Of a DNA stretch of 33,066 nt, positions 16,550 to 23,790 are shown piece by piece. Both the position numbers and the translations under genes were made by a program. The notes beneath the pieces were generated by a model. That model was not told where the DNA came from and searched no databases. It saw nothing but the letters and a program-made list of their open reading frames with translations. Numbering within the stretch: position 1 is the first letter of the stretch; each line of letters starts with the position of its first letter. Source of the DNA: a virus (Duplodnaviria > Caudoviricetes); IMG/VR virus record IMGVR_UViG_3300011336_000323, positions 1 through 33,066 of that record. One strand, given 5' to 3'.

Positions 16550-17807
16550 AGAGTACTTTAAGGTCCTGATCACCCAGATCTTTACTCACGGAGTATGGAC
16601 CTTTGTGAGCATGTTGCTTCCCGCTTAATCAGCTCACAAGATGTAGATCAGGCTTGGCTCGCGCTGGCTTTGTTTCTTGGCCCGCACCTTTTTTCACTGC
16701 GTTCAAAACAAGACCAAAGACCATTTCATCAAGCTCTTCATCAGCCACATGCAACTCGGCTGCAATATCGGATTTCGCAACACCTTCTTTTCGTAATGCC
16801 GTAAAGACTTTTCCGAGGATCTGCGATGTTTCACGCGGCAAACTCTCGGGCTCAGACTTAAGGTAGCCTCGTCGACTAATTTGCACAAAAAGCTCGCGGT
16901 ACTGCCATTCCGTCAATAGCCCGAGTTTGTGCATTCGATAGGTCAGTGCCGAAATCGACACTCCCCATATCTTTTTGAGTTGGAGCAGCACATCGATCGA
17001 TATGAATTTTGGCGCATAGCCTAGGACACTTCCGGATGGCATCAGGAAAGCTGCTGCAAAATCATTCGCAGCTCTTTCGATTTCTTGCCCTCCATTCGGA
17101 GAGCCGTGGCGATGCATCACGAGATGGCCAAGTTCATGCGCAGCATCAAATCGGCTGCGCTCAGTATTTTTAAGTGTGTTTAAAAAAACAAATGGCTTTT
17201 GTTCACGCCACATTGAAAATGCGTCAACCTCAGCTGCATCGATTGCCAGCGAAAAAACACGAACACCATTTGCTTCAAGCAAATGAATCATGTTCTTAAT
17301 GGGCAATTCTCCGATGCCCCAGTGGCGGCGCAGACTTGCAGCCGCCGCCTCGGGGTCGGAATCTCTCAGATCCGGCAAATTTGAAACAGGGAGCTCGAAT
17401 CGTCTTTCAATTGCTTGATTCAGCGTGATTGTTAACGCACCTGAATACAAGGCCATATCGCGCTGCGCTGCAGACATTTTTGAGAGCGAACGGAAACTCG
17501 CAGCACCACTATCAATGGTTTGCAGTTCTTCTTCTTGATAGAAAAACTCCAGAGGAAAACGCAATGCTTTTGCAATACGCTGGACAGTGTCCTCTGAAGG
17601 TTTGTACTCCAGTTTTTCAAAACCAGAGATCGATCGCATCTCTACGCCGACCTCATCAGCCAGTCGTGTCATGGTGAACCCTCGCCGCTTTCTGGCGAAA
17701 GTTAAACGCGTTGGATTGAACATAGCCCTATCCGTTAAGCACGTCGAATCAATGGAATATCGATATCTGGCAGATTTGGAACCATTGGGACAGGGATCAC
17801 CAAATGG
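16550..17807 (-). other. Apparent captured bacterial DNA segment inserted into the Ref-like gene (boundaries approximate)
   Basis: Contains the 3' stub of an upstream gene (...VPNLPDIDIPLIRRA*), an intact HTH-ImmA gene and a possible 5' stub of a downstream gene; Ref similarity stops abruptly at ~17807. Confidence 0.6.
16629..17723 (-). CDS. XRE-HTH + ImmA/IrrE (COG2856, peptidase M78) metallopeptidase, 364 aa
   Basis: 'MFNPTRLTFARKRRG.T...LA' HTH; 'RSRFDAAHELGHLVMH' HExxH; 'EIERAANDFAAAFLMP'. Confidence 0.9.
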   Translation of the reverse strand: MFNPTRLTFARKRRGFTMTRLADEVGVEMRSISGFEKLEYKPSEDTVQRIAKALRFPLEFFYQEEELQTIDSGAASFRSLSKMSAAQRDMALYSGALTITLNQAIERRFELPVSNLPDLRDSDPEAAAASLRRHWGIGELPIKNMIHLLEANGVRVFSLAIDAAEVDAFSMWREQKPFVFLNTLKNTERSRFDAAHELGHLVMHRHGSPNGGQEIERAANDFAAAFLMPSGSVLGYAPKFISIDVLLQLKKIWGVSISALTYRMHKLGLLTEWQYRELFVQISRRGYLKSEPESLPRETSQILGKVFTALRKEGVAKSDIAAELHVADEELDEMVFGLVLNAVKKGAGQETKPARAKPDLHLVS

Positions 17808-18008
17808 CCGACTGCAAAACTCCGCAGTTTTAACCCCGCTGGCGTGGTGACTGTAGCAAAGCCCGATCGTTTGCAAATGTCCCATTCTCTGCCCGCCGGA
17901 CAACAAATGATGCACGCAACACGGAACAAAACCATACCCCTCGTTCCGGCAGACAATGCAGCCCAGGTCGGCCACGGCAGCCATCCAACCTTTCTCAACT
18001 TTGGTCAT
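17808..18008 (-). pseudogene. Ref-family (recombination enhancement, HNH-like) nuclease, C-terminally truncated or fused
   Basis: 'VADLGCIVC', 'VHH', 'HLQTIGLC..HH' motifs; the expected C-terminal helix is missing and the frame runs on into the ImmA gene. Confidence 0.7.
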
Positions 18009-18333
18009 ACCGATCCGGCGCCGGGACTTTAATACCGGCATGGTGCGAAGCAGCATTCAGCCAGTCCAGCCATTCCGAAAACCGTTTTTTACCGTAGCGG
18101 CTCGTCCTCCGCCCCAACATCACAATGCCGCCCTCGAGCCCCGGCGCCAGCCTGGGACTGGTGTCCCCTTCAAACGCCGCAGTCAGAATATCCTTCCATT
18201 CTTCGCTAGAAAGCGATTGCAACGATCCATTGACCGGCCATTGGCGTTGCCCTGCCCACGCTTCTAGAATTGGCCACATCGCTGCATTAGCTGATTGACT
18301 TCTACGTTCTTCGCAAATTGGACAATTATTCAT
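17995..18333 (-). CDS. ninB: NinB/YbcN-family recombination protein (short form)
   Basis: 'RS...NA.MW', 'EEWKD', 'GL.GG.V.LG..TS......FSE' motifs; ATG overlaps the HNH stop. Confidence 0.7.
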   Translation of the reverse strand: MNNCPICEERRSQSANAAMWPILEAWAGQRQWPVNGSLQSLSSEEWKDILTAAFEGDTSPRLAPGLEGGIVMLGRRTSRYGKKRFSEWLDWLNAASHHAGIKVPAPDRYDQS

Positions 18334-18839
18334 ACAATAATATATCCCCAAATTATCCCCTTGCGAATGCAACTAATTGTTGCTTTGCAAACGCCGTATT
18401 TGTTGCTTAATTCTTTGCTAAGACCAAACTTGTAATTTTTTAGTTCTTGTTTTATTTCAATAACTTGATGTTCTTTTAATTTGGTTTTTCCGTTAGCAGA
18501 CCCGCGTAATGGTTTATTTAAACCAAGCTCAAAAGAATGTTGAACATTGCGCGCTTTTGAAACCCATTCCAAATTTGACGGGTGGTTGTTAGTTTTTATT
18601 CCATCAATGTGATTAATTTCAACGGTATTTTCAGATTGCGGAATCCGAGCCATTGCAATTAAACGATGTGCCATGAATCGTTTAATGCCGTTTTCATTTG
18701 CTATTTTGATTCGCAAATAACCTTGTTTTGTTAAATAAGGACACATTGCTTTTGGCAATTTTCGACGAAAACTAAATATTGTTCCGCGCTCATCCACCAA
18801 ATAATCTAAATAGCCCGGTATTGGCATCAATTTTTTCAT
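18330..18839 (-). CDS. Free-standing HNH homing endonuclease
   Basis: 'HRLIA', 'INHIDGIKTNNHPSNLEWVS...N..H', C-terminal HTH; markedly AT-rich. Confidence 0.9.
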   Translation of the reverse strand: MKKLMPIPGYLDYLVDERGTIFSFRRKLPKAMCPYLTKQGYLRIKIANENGIKRFMAHRLIAMARIPQSENTVEINHIDGIKTNNHPSNLEWVSKARNVQHSFELGLNKPLRGSANGKTKLKEHQVIEIKQELKNYKFGLSKELSNKYGVCKATISCIRKGIIWGYIIV

Positions 18840-18851
18840 AAATCCTCCGAT

Positions 18852-19334
18852 TTAAACTGCGATGCTGTTTCCCGCAATAACCCCTGCTGCCCGACAGTCC
18901 CGCAAAAAGTTCGCCGCCTGCGAGTCTTTTCCAAAATGATTGGCTTGCAGGATTATGAAATCGACCTGCTGTTGATTCCTCACCCTGTCCGGTGTCCACC
19001 ACTGCCCAACGGTTTTGGTTTTGGCTTTTATCAGGCTTTCCAACTTCTCGGCCTGTTCCGGGCTCGGCTGGGTCTTGATTGGTGGCGACAGGGATAGGTA
19101 AACAGGCTGGCTTTCCAACAACGCCTTGAACTGCCCAAAAGTCGGTGGCCAGTCTGGAAACTCTGTTGACAATCTCGCAAGTGCCGCTTTCATGCTGTCC
19201 ACGTCGCATTCCAAGACTGACCACGTTTCGACCCAGCTATCCATTTCGCTCTCGTCTTTAAAGACGCTCGTAAACTTTTGTGCGTACTGGTTTTTGAATA
19301 ATTGCGAGAGTCGTACAGTCCATTTCCTGTTCAT
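18852..19334 (-). CDS. Replication protein P-like helicase loader (putative)
   Basis: 'W..TW', 'DWPPTFGQFKAL' motif; follows the initiator gene. Confidence 0.55.
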   Translation of the reverse strand: MNRKWTVRLSQLFKNQYAQKFTSVFKDESEMDSWVETWSVLECDVDSMKAALARLSTEFPDWPPTFGQFKALLESQPVYLSLSPPIKTQPSPEQAEKLESLIKAKTKTVGQWWTPDRVRNQQQVDFIILQANHFGKDSQAANFLRDCRAAGVIAGNSIAV

Positions 19335-19344
19335 ATCGTCCCCC

Positions 19345-20088
19345 TTAGAATCCCAGTTCCAGCGGTTTTACAATCAACAATCTTTCCTCGGTTTCAATCT
19401 TTTCGAGCAGTCTGCGGTTCGCCGCGGTGAAGTTCAGCGGCTCGGCTTTGCTTTTAATGGTTTCAAACTTTTTATTTCGCACCCAATTTCTCCAAGTGGC
19501 TGTCCAATCAAGCTTTTTACCTTTTTGCCCAGGCACTGCAATCCAATAGTCCCGAAAATTATCAAATGTTTTTTGTGGACTAATATCCGGCCTTTCCGCA
19601 ATACAAAACTCTTCCCAATACTTCGGTAACGCCTCGTCTGTAAATCTTGTTGGGAGCGGATCTTCTAAAGGTTTTGATGTACCGGTTAATGGTACTGGTA
19701 CTGGTACTGGTACATGGTTGGGATTCGGGGGTGAGTCGGGGGGCGATTGGGGGGGGATTTTGGTAGGGAGTTTACCCTTGCCCCATCTGATCTCGTTTCC
19801 TTTTTTCCCGCCTGCTTGCATAGCGTGATACTTTGCAAGTTCTATATTTGCTCGTTTGTTAATCCAGCCAGATTCTGTCTGGATAAAAAACTCTTTAATT
19901 ATTGTTTCAACTTCGGTTTGATATTCACGCATTCCAATTAATCTGGAAACGGCACCAAGTTCTAGGGGAATTGCTAATTCTGACAAATAGTATTTGTCGA
20001 GCAGCCGCCGATAAATTAAATCTTCAATCGGCGAAAGGTGGCTGGTGTGACTTAGATAGTCACCAATGTGAAATGTGTAAAAATGCAT
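19345..20088 (-). CDS. DUF1376/YdaU-family replication initiator
   Basis: 'MHFYTFHIGDY...T.HLS..E...YRRLLD.YY'; C-terminal 'F.DYW......K.DW.ATWRNW'. Confidence 0.85.
   Translation of the reverse strand: MHFYTFHIGDYLSHTSHLSPIEDLIYRRLLDKYYLSELAIPLELGAVSRLIGMREYQTEVETIIKEFFIQTESGWINKRANIELAKYHAMQAGGKKGNEIRWGKGKLPTKIPPQSPPDSPPNPNHVPVPVPVPLTGTSKPLEDPLPTRFTDEALPKYWEEFCIAERPDISPQKTFDNFRDYWIAVPGQKGKKLDWTATWRNWVRNKKFETIKSKAEPLNFTAANRRLLEKIETEERLLIVKPLELGF
19690..19777. repeat. Putative replication origin: (GGTACT)x3-4 plus four or five 11-12 bp G-rich iteron-like repeats within the initiator gene
   Basis: GATTCGGGGGT / GAGTCGGGGGGC / GATTGGGGGGG / GATTTTGGTAGG; same position as the lambdoid ori in the initiator linker. 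Confidence 0.6.
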
Positions 20089-20172
20089 TTTTACCCCCTT
20101 TAAGGTAGAGAAGTGATGCGCCATCACCCAGTAAAGGCTGGGTTCAGCTTGCGTGGCCTGCCGACCAACGCA

Positions 20173-20412
20173 TCACTTGGAATCATATTGTCTGCCTTCT
20201 TTTATTGCAAGCATTTCATTCCGCAGCTCGACCGCGGCATCCACGCCTCGCCTCTGCCTGACTTTTTCTAAGTATTCTTTCCGGTCCCGACGTTTTAGCG
20301 CCATCCGCGCTTCGCATTCCAGGCGCCACGCCTCGCAGCTCGAGCAGACTACCCGGCCATCGCGGAGCGTGACCGGCGCGGTCTCGATCAGGTTGCAGCC
20401 GAGGCAATCCAT
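20173..20412 (-). CDS. Small Zn-finger hypothetical protein
   Basis: CxxC, 'EAWRLECEAR', 'YL..V...RG..A...LR' motifs. Confidence 0.6.
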   Translation of the reverse strand: MDCLGCNLIETAPVTLRDGRVVCSSCEAWRLECEARMALKRRDRKEYLEKVRQRRGVDAAVELRNEMLAIKEGRQYDSK

Positions 20413-20415
20413 GTC

Positions 20416-20790
20416 TTAACTGGCAACTGCCAATGTTTCACCAACCGCAGCCAGAGCTTCTTTTAAATGATTTAATTGTGTGCGGCCAATATTTGGGATC
20501 CTCAAAATCTCTTTTTCCGTGTAAGCGCAGATGTCGGCAATGGTATACAAATCCTCGGACAACAATGCGTAATGCAAGCGCGTGGTCAGCTTCAGCGTTC
20601 GCATGTCGCCGTTGTTTCGTTTTTCGTTCAGCGCAGCCAGATCCATTCGTTTCTGCCGTTCACTCATCATAAATTCCGCGCAATTCCAAGCGCTGGTTGC
20701 GATGTCAGGAGAGTATGGTGATTGGTTTGATGTGCGTTGCAAAAGCGCAGCCATAGCTGCCAGCGCGAACTGATCTTTAAGGTCAAGCAT
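20416..20790 (-). CDS. RNA polymerase alpha C-terminal domain-like protein
   Basis: 'LKLTTRLHYALLSEDLYTIADICAYTEKEILRIPNIGRTQLNHLKEAL' aligns by eye with alphaCTD 'LELTVRSANCL....I..IGDL....E.ELLKTPNLGKKSL.EIK..L'. Confidence 0.8.
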   Translation of the reverse strand: MLDLKDQFALAAMAALLQRTSNQSPYSPDIATSAWNCAEFMMSERQKRMDLAALNEKRNNGDMRTLKLTTRLHYALLSEDLYTIADICAYTEKEILRIPNIGRTQLNHLKEALAAVGETLAVAS

Positions 20791-20959
20791 AGAGCGCCTG
20801 GTCGATTGTGAGCTCGCCTTTTGTGAGCGAGAAAATGCGCCAGGCGTTGACCTCCGGAATGACCGCCTTCCACGCGGTAACCGCCTGCGTTGACAATTTC
20901 AGCGCCTCGGCAACCGCCCGAATGCCCCCGTAATACGCAACAACGTCTGATTTAAGCAT
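20783..20959 (-). CDS. cro: Cro-like HTH repressor (P22 Cro/DicC type, 58 aa)
   Basis: Hand translation MLKSDVVAYYGGIRAVAEALKLSTQAVTAWKAVIPEVNAWRIFSLTKGELTIDQALYA; first gene at the divergence point. Confidence 0.85.
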   Translation of the reverse strand: MLKSDVVAYYGGIRAVAEALKLSTQAVTAWKAVIPEVNAWRIFSLTKGELTIDQALYA

Positions 20960-21086
20960 GGCTAACCCTTTGAATTGATTACGTTATAAAATACTTGTAA
21001 ATAGTTGTTGCAAAGTGATACGGACTGATTATAATCATTTCCATACCAGCTTGCAAATAAACCTTCACCAACCAAAAGGAAACAAG
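20960..21086. promoter_or_regulatory. AT-rich divergent control region; rightward promoter TTGCAA-16 nt-TATAAT (21008-21035)
   Basis: Gene orientation switches here; consensus -10 hexamer present. Confidence 0.65.
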
Positions 21087-21366
21087 ATGAAACTCTACTC
21101 AGTAAAAAAATTAGAACTGACCACCATCGCTGACCAAATCGAAGCGTTTGCAAAGTCAGCATTGACAGCATGGATCATGCTCGGTCAATCAGAAAAATAC
21201 TCGCAAGACATGGCGCAGGTGCGAGCGTTGCGTGATGCCGCTGATGCCAAGAGCGTGTGGATGCGCCGCGAGATTCTTCGCACCGCTGGCTTCTTGCTGT
21301 AAAACCCTCCCGCCCCTTCGGGGGCGCACCCAACTCACCCACCAACCAAAAGGAATCAAGATGAAA
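21066..21366 (+). repeat. 27-bp direct repeat CACCAACCAAAAGGAAWCAAGATGAAA at 21066 and 21340
   Basis: 26/27 identical; each copy contains the RBS and start codon. Confidence 0.85.
21087..21302 (+). CDS. Hypothetical early protein (71 aa)
   Basis: RBS AAGGA plus ATG within the repeat. Confidence 0.65.
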   Translation: MKLYSVKKLELTTIADQIEAFAKSALTAWIMLGQSEKYSQDMAQVRALRDAADAKSVWMRREILRTAGFLL

Positions 21367-21609
21367 ACAGCAACGCTTAAATTGACAGACGGAATTAACG
21401 CCATTGTGTCAAAGGCTAAAAGCTTGGTTACCTGCCAGCTTTTCAACGAGTCCGAGGTATACATTGAAGGCAGCCCTATGCTTTCCGTCGCGGCATTTCG
21501 GCGCAACGGAAAAGCAATTATTAGGTATCGCAACGGCGCAAACACTGTTAGCAAATCAGCGTTTTTATCCGCGCTATCGCCGTCACCAATTACAGACTTG
21601 TGCAAATAG
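21361..21609 (+). CDS. Hypothetical early protein (82 aa)
   Basis: RBS AAGGA plus ATG within the repeat. Confidence 0.6.
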   Translation: MKTATLKLTDGINAIVSKAKSLVTCQLFNESEVYIEGSPMLSVAAFRRNGKAIIRYRNGANTVSKSAFLSALSPSPITDLCK

Positions 21610-21691
21610 CAACCTGATTCCCCTGACCCTGCCAACGCGGGGTTTTTGGAATACGCAGCCAGAGCGAGTCTGGCAACAAAACGGAGGAATT

Positions 21692-22075
21692 ATGAGTGCA
21701 GAACCATGTATGTGCGGAGCCACTGATTGCCCTGTTTGCGGTCCATTGCAGGGTTACTCAACTAGCCACCAGCCCAACGCCCACGACCGCGAGCTGGCGT
21801 TGGAAAACATTGTGGAAACCGTCATGGATTACGGCATGTGGCCGCAGCCAATGAAAGGCAAACATAAAAAATCAGAGTTTGACCTTTACGACTTTTTGCT
21901 AGAAGAACGCGACCCCAGCTACTTCCTCGAAATGTATATTGGTTGCATCACCGGCAACGAGATATCAGACCGAATCCGGCGCGAGCAGGCAACAATTAAA
22001 GAAATGCTGGAAAAGCATTTTCGGGACTCGGATATCGTAAATGATTTGGCAGCAGAATACGCGAGCGAATCATGA
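21692..22075 (+). CDS. Hypothetical protein with N-terminal CxCGxxDCxxC motif
   Basis: Strong RBS GGAGG; MSAEPCMCGATDCPVC. Confidence 0.7.
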   Translation: MSAEPCMCGATDCPVCGPLQGYSTSHQPNAHDRELALENIVETVMDYGMWPQPMKGKHKKSEFDLYDFLLEERDPSYFLEMYIGCITGNEISDRIRREQATIKEMLEKHFRDSDIVNDLAAEYASES

Positions 22076-22164
22076 GCTTTTTAGAAATGGTCGGCGCTGG
22101 CGTATGCGGAGTCGCAACGCTGGCGGCAGGTTGGGTTTTCCTTGTATTACTTTTTAGCTTTTAA
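22072..22164 (+). CDS. 30-aa single-pass membrane peptide
   Basis: MSFLEMVGAGVCGVATLAAGWVFLVLLFSF; ATGA overlap; fills the gap before erf. Confidence 0.55.
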   Translation: MSFLEMVGAGVCGVATLAAGWVFLVLLFSF

Positions 22165-22175
22165 TCTGAGGATTT

Positions 22176-22757
22176 ATGCAAAAATCAGAAAGCATTGCGG
22201 CACTGGCGGCAGCATTGGCAAAAGCGCAAGGAGCAATGAAAGGCGCGGTTAAAGACAGCGCCAACCCGTTCTTCAAATCTAAGTATGCGGATCTGGCCAG
22301 CGTAGTCGAGGCTATCCGGGTTGCCTTTTCCTCAAACGGCCTGTCCTACATCCAGACCGTTGAGCCAAGCGACAAGGACGAGGTGCGCGTCGAGACCACG
22401 ATCTTGCACTCTAGCGGAGAATGGATTTCCTGCGGCGTTCTGGCTTTGCCGGTTTCAAAATCCGACGCTCAGGGATACGGTAGCTGCCTTACTTACGCCC
22501 GCAGGTATAGTTTGAGCGCAGCCACAGGAGTTGCACCTGAGGATGACGATGGTAACGCAGCCTCAAGCGCAAAGCCAAAGAAAACGATGGACTGCCGGGT
22601 TTACATTGCCGCGCTTGAAGCTGCGCCAACGCTGGATGACCTGCAAGCAGCCTGTAAAACCGCTTACAAAGCAGCGCAGGCAGAGAATGACACCGTGGCT
22701 ATGGCTAGCATCACAAACGCCAAAAACTGCCGTAAAGCGGCTCTGGTGGCAGCATGA
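22176..22757 (+). CDS. erf: ERF-family single-strand annealing protein
   Basis: 'NPFFKSKYADL', 'QGYGS.LTYARRYSL....G.A.EDDDGN'. Confidence 0.92.
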   Translation: MQKSESIAALAAALAKAQGAMKGAVKDSANPFFKSKYADLASVVEAIRVAFSSNGLSYIQTVEPSDKDEVRVETTILHSSGEWISCGVLALPVSKSDAQGYGSCLTYARRYSLSAATGVAPEDDDGNAASSAKPKKTMDCRVYIAALEAAPTLDDLQAACKTAYKAAQAENDTVAMASITNAKNCRKAALVAA

Positions 22758-23365
22758 GCGACGCAGTGCAGGGAACCCCGGAATGGCTGGCTGCTCGAGC
22801 AGGCAAAGTCACGGCTAGCATGGTTTCGGCAACGCTGATGAAGCCGGAAACCGCGGGCTTTCGGGATTATCAGGCGCAACTGGTCGCAGAAATCTTGACC
22901 GGCAAGCCGCAGGGATCGGATTATACAAATGCTCACATGCAATTCGGGACGGAGACAGAACCCCTAGCCCGGAGCGCATACGAAGCCGAGACAGGTTTCT
23001 CTGTAGACGAGGTAGGGCTATGCATTCACCCGACCATAGACCGCGCTGGCGCGAGTCCTGACGGTCTGGTGGGCAATTCCGGGCTGGTAGAGATCAAATG
23101 TCCAAAGCCTGCAACGCACCTTGCAAACCTGATTGCCGGAGCCGTCCCGGCAGGTTACAAGAATCAGATGATGTGGCAGATGGCCTGCACAGGTAGGGAC
23201 TGGTGCGATTTTGTGAGTTTCCGGCCTGACCTGCCGGAAAATCTGCAATTGCTGATTGTCCGGTTTAATCGTGATGAGAAGGAAATAGAGAAGCTAGAAA
23301 CCGCGGTGGTTGCCTTTCTGGTAACTGTCGACGAAATGATTAAAAAACTCAAGGAGATTAAATAA
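22754..23365 (+). CDS. YqaJ/lambda-exonuclease family recombination exonuclease
   Basis: 'QGTPEWL..R.G.VTAS', 'G...EP.AR..YE', 'ASPDGLV', 'EIKCP', 'Q..WQM'. Confidence 0.92.
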   Translation: MSDAVQGTPEWLAARAGKVTASMVSATLMKPETAGFRDYQAQLVAEILTGKPQGSDYTNAHMQFGTETEPLARSAYEAETGFSVDEVGLCIHPTIDRAGASPDGLVGNSGLVEIKCPKPATHLANLIAGAVPAGYKNQMMWQMACTGRDWCDFVSFRPDLPENLQLLIVRFNRDEKEIEKLETAVVAFLVTVDEMIKKLKEIK

Positions 23366-23613
23366 TGGCTGAATTTGTGCAAAAAGAGCTATGCGGCTCA
23401 ATGTTTAAGAACCAAAAGAAATTGACCGAGCAGCATCCGAACATGACCGGCAGCGCAATGATTGCAGGCGTTGAATATTGGGTGTCAGCCTGGACTAAAA
23501 CCGACAAAAACGGCAATAAGTGGCAAAGCCTGTCGTTTAATAAAAAAGAGCCCAAGACCCGCGCTCAAGCAGACCTGGCGGTTTCCGAAATTGATAACGA
23601 TATCCCGTTCTAA
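23365..23613 (+). CDS. Small phage single-stranded DNA-binding protein (putative)
   Basis: 'HP..TG....G..YWVSAW'; acidic 'DNDIPF' tail. Confidence 0.7.
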   Translation: MAEFVQKELCGSMFKNQKKLTEQHPNMTGSAMIAGVEYWVSAWTKTDKNGNKWQSLSFNKKEPKTRAQADLAVSEIDNDIPF

Positions 23614-23616
23614 ACA

Positions 23617-23790
23617 ATGAAAACGACGAGTGCACCGGAACAACAAGACAACGACAACTGCCCGTTGTGCGGCAACGACACGCTCGACATGGGTTACGGC
23701 CTAGCCGGTGGCGGCATTGGCGTTTACTATTTTTGCAAAACGGATGGGTGCAGCTATTTCCATAAAACTCAAGACGGAGCCGCAAAATGA
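23617..23790 (+). CDS. Zn-ribbon micro-protein (57 aa)
   Basis: Hand translation ...CPLCG...GYGLAGGGIGVYYFC...C...; ATGA overlap. Confidence 0.6.
   Translation: MKTTSAPEQQDNDNCPLCGNDTLDMGYGLAGGGIGVYYFCKTDGCSYFHKTQDGAAK

Noticed and set aside
16550-17807. Insertion sequence or transposon explanation for the ImmA insert
   Set aside because: No transposase, terminal inverted repeats or target-site duplication seen
17735-17998. 87-aa ORF as an intact toxin gene upstream of the ImmA gene
   Set aside because: Most of it is an alternative frame of the Ref fragment; only the last ~20 codons look like a genuine gene tail
18330-18839. Second group I intron around the HNH gene
   Set aside because: Only ~12 nt of flanking non-coding sequence, so no room for a ribozyme core; the gene is free-standing
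20089-20178. tRNA or hammerhead ribozyme in the initiator leader
   Set aside because: Lacks the TTC T-loop, D-loop and CCA features and lacks the CUGANGA/GAAA hammerhead core
21311-21326. CGCCCC-TTCG-GGGGCG as an intrinsic terminator
   Set aside because: No U-tract directly follows on either strand; more likely a stability or processing hairpin
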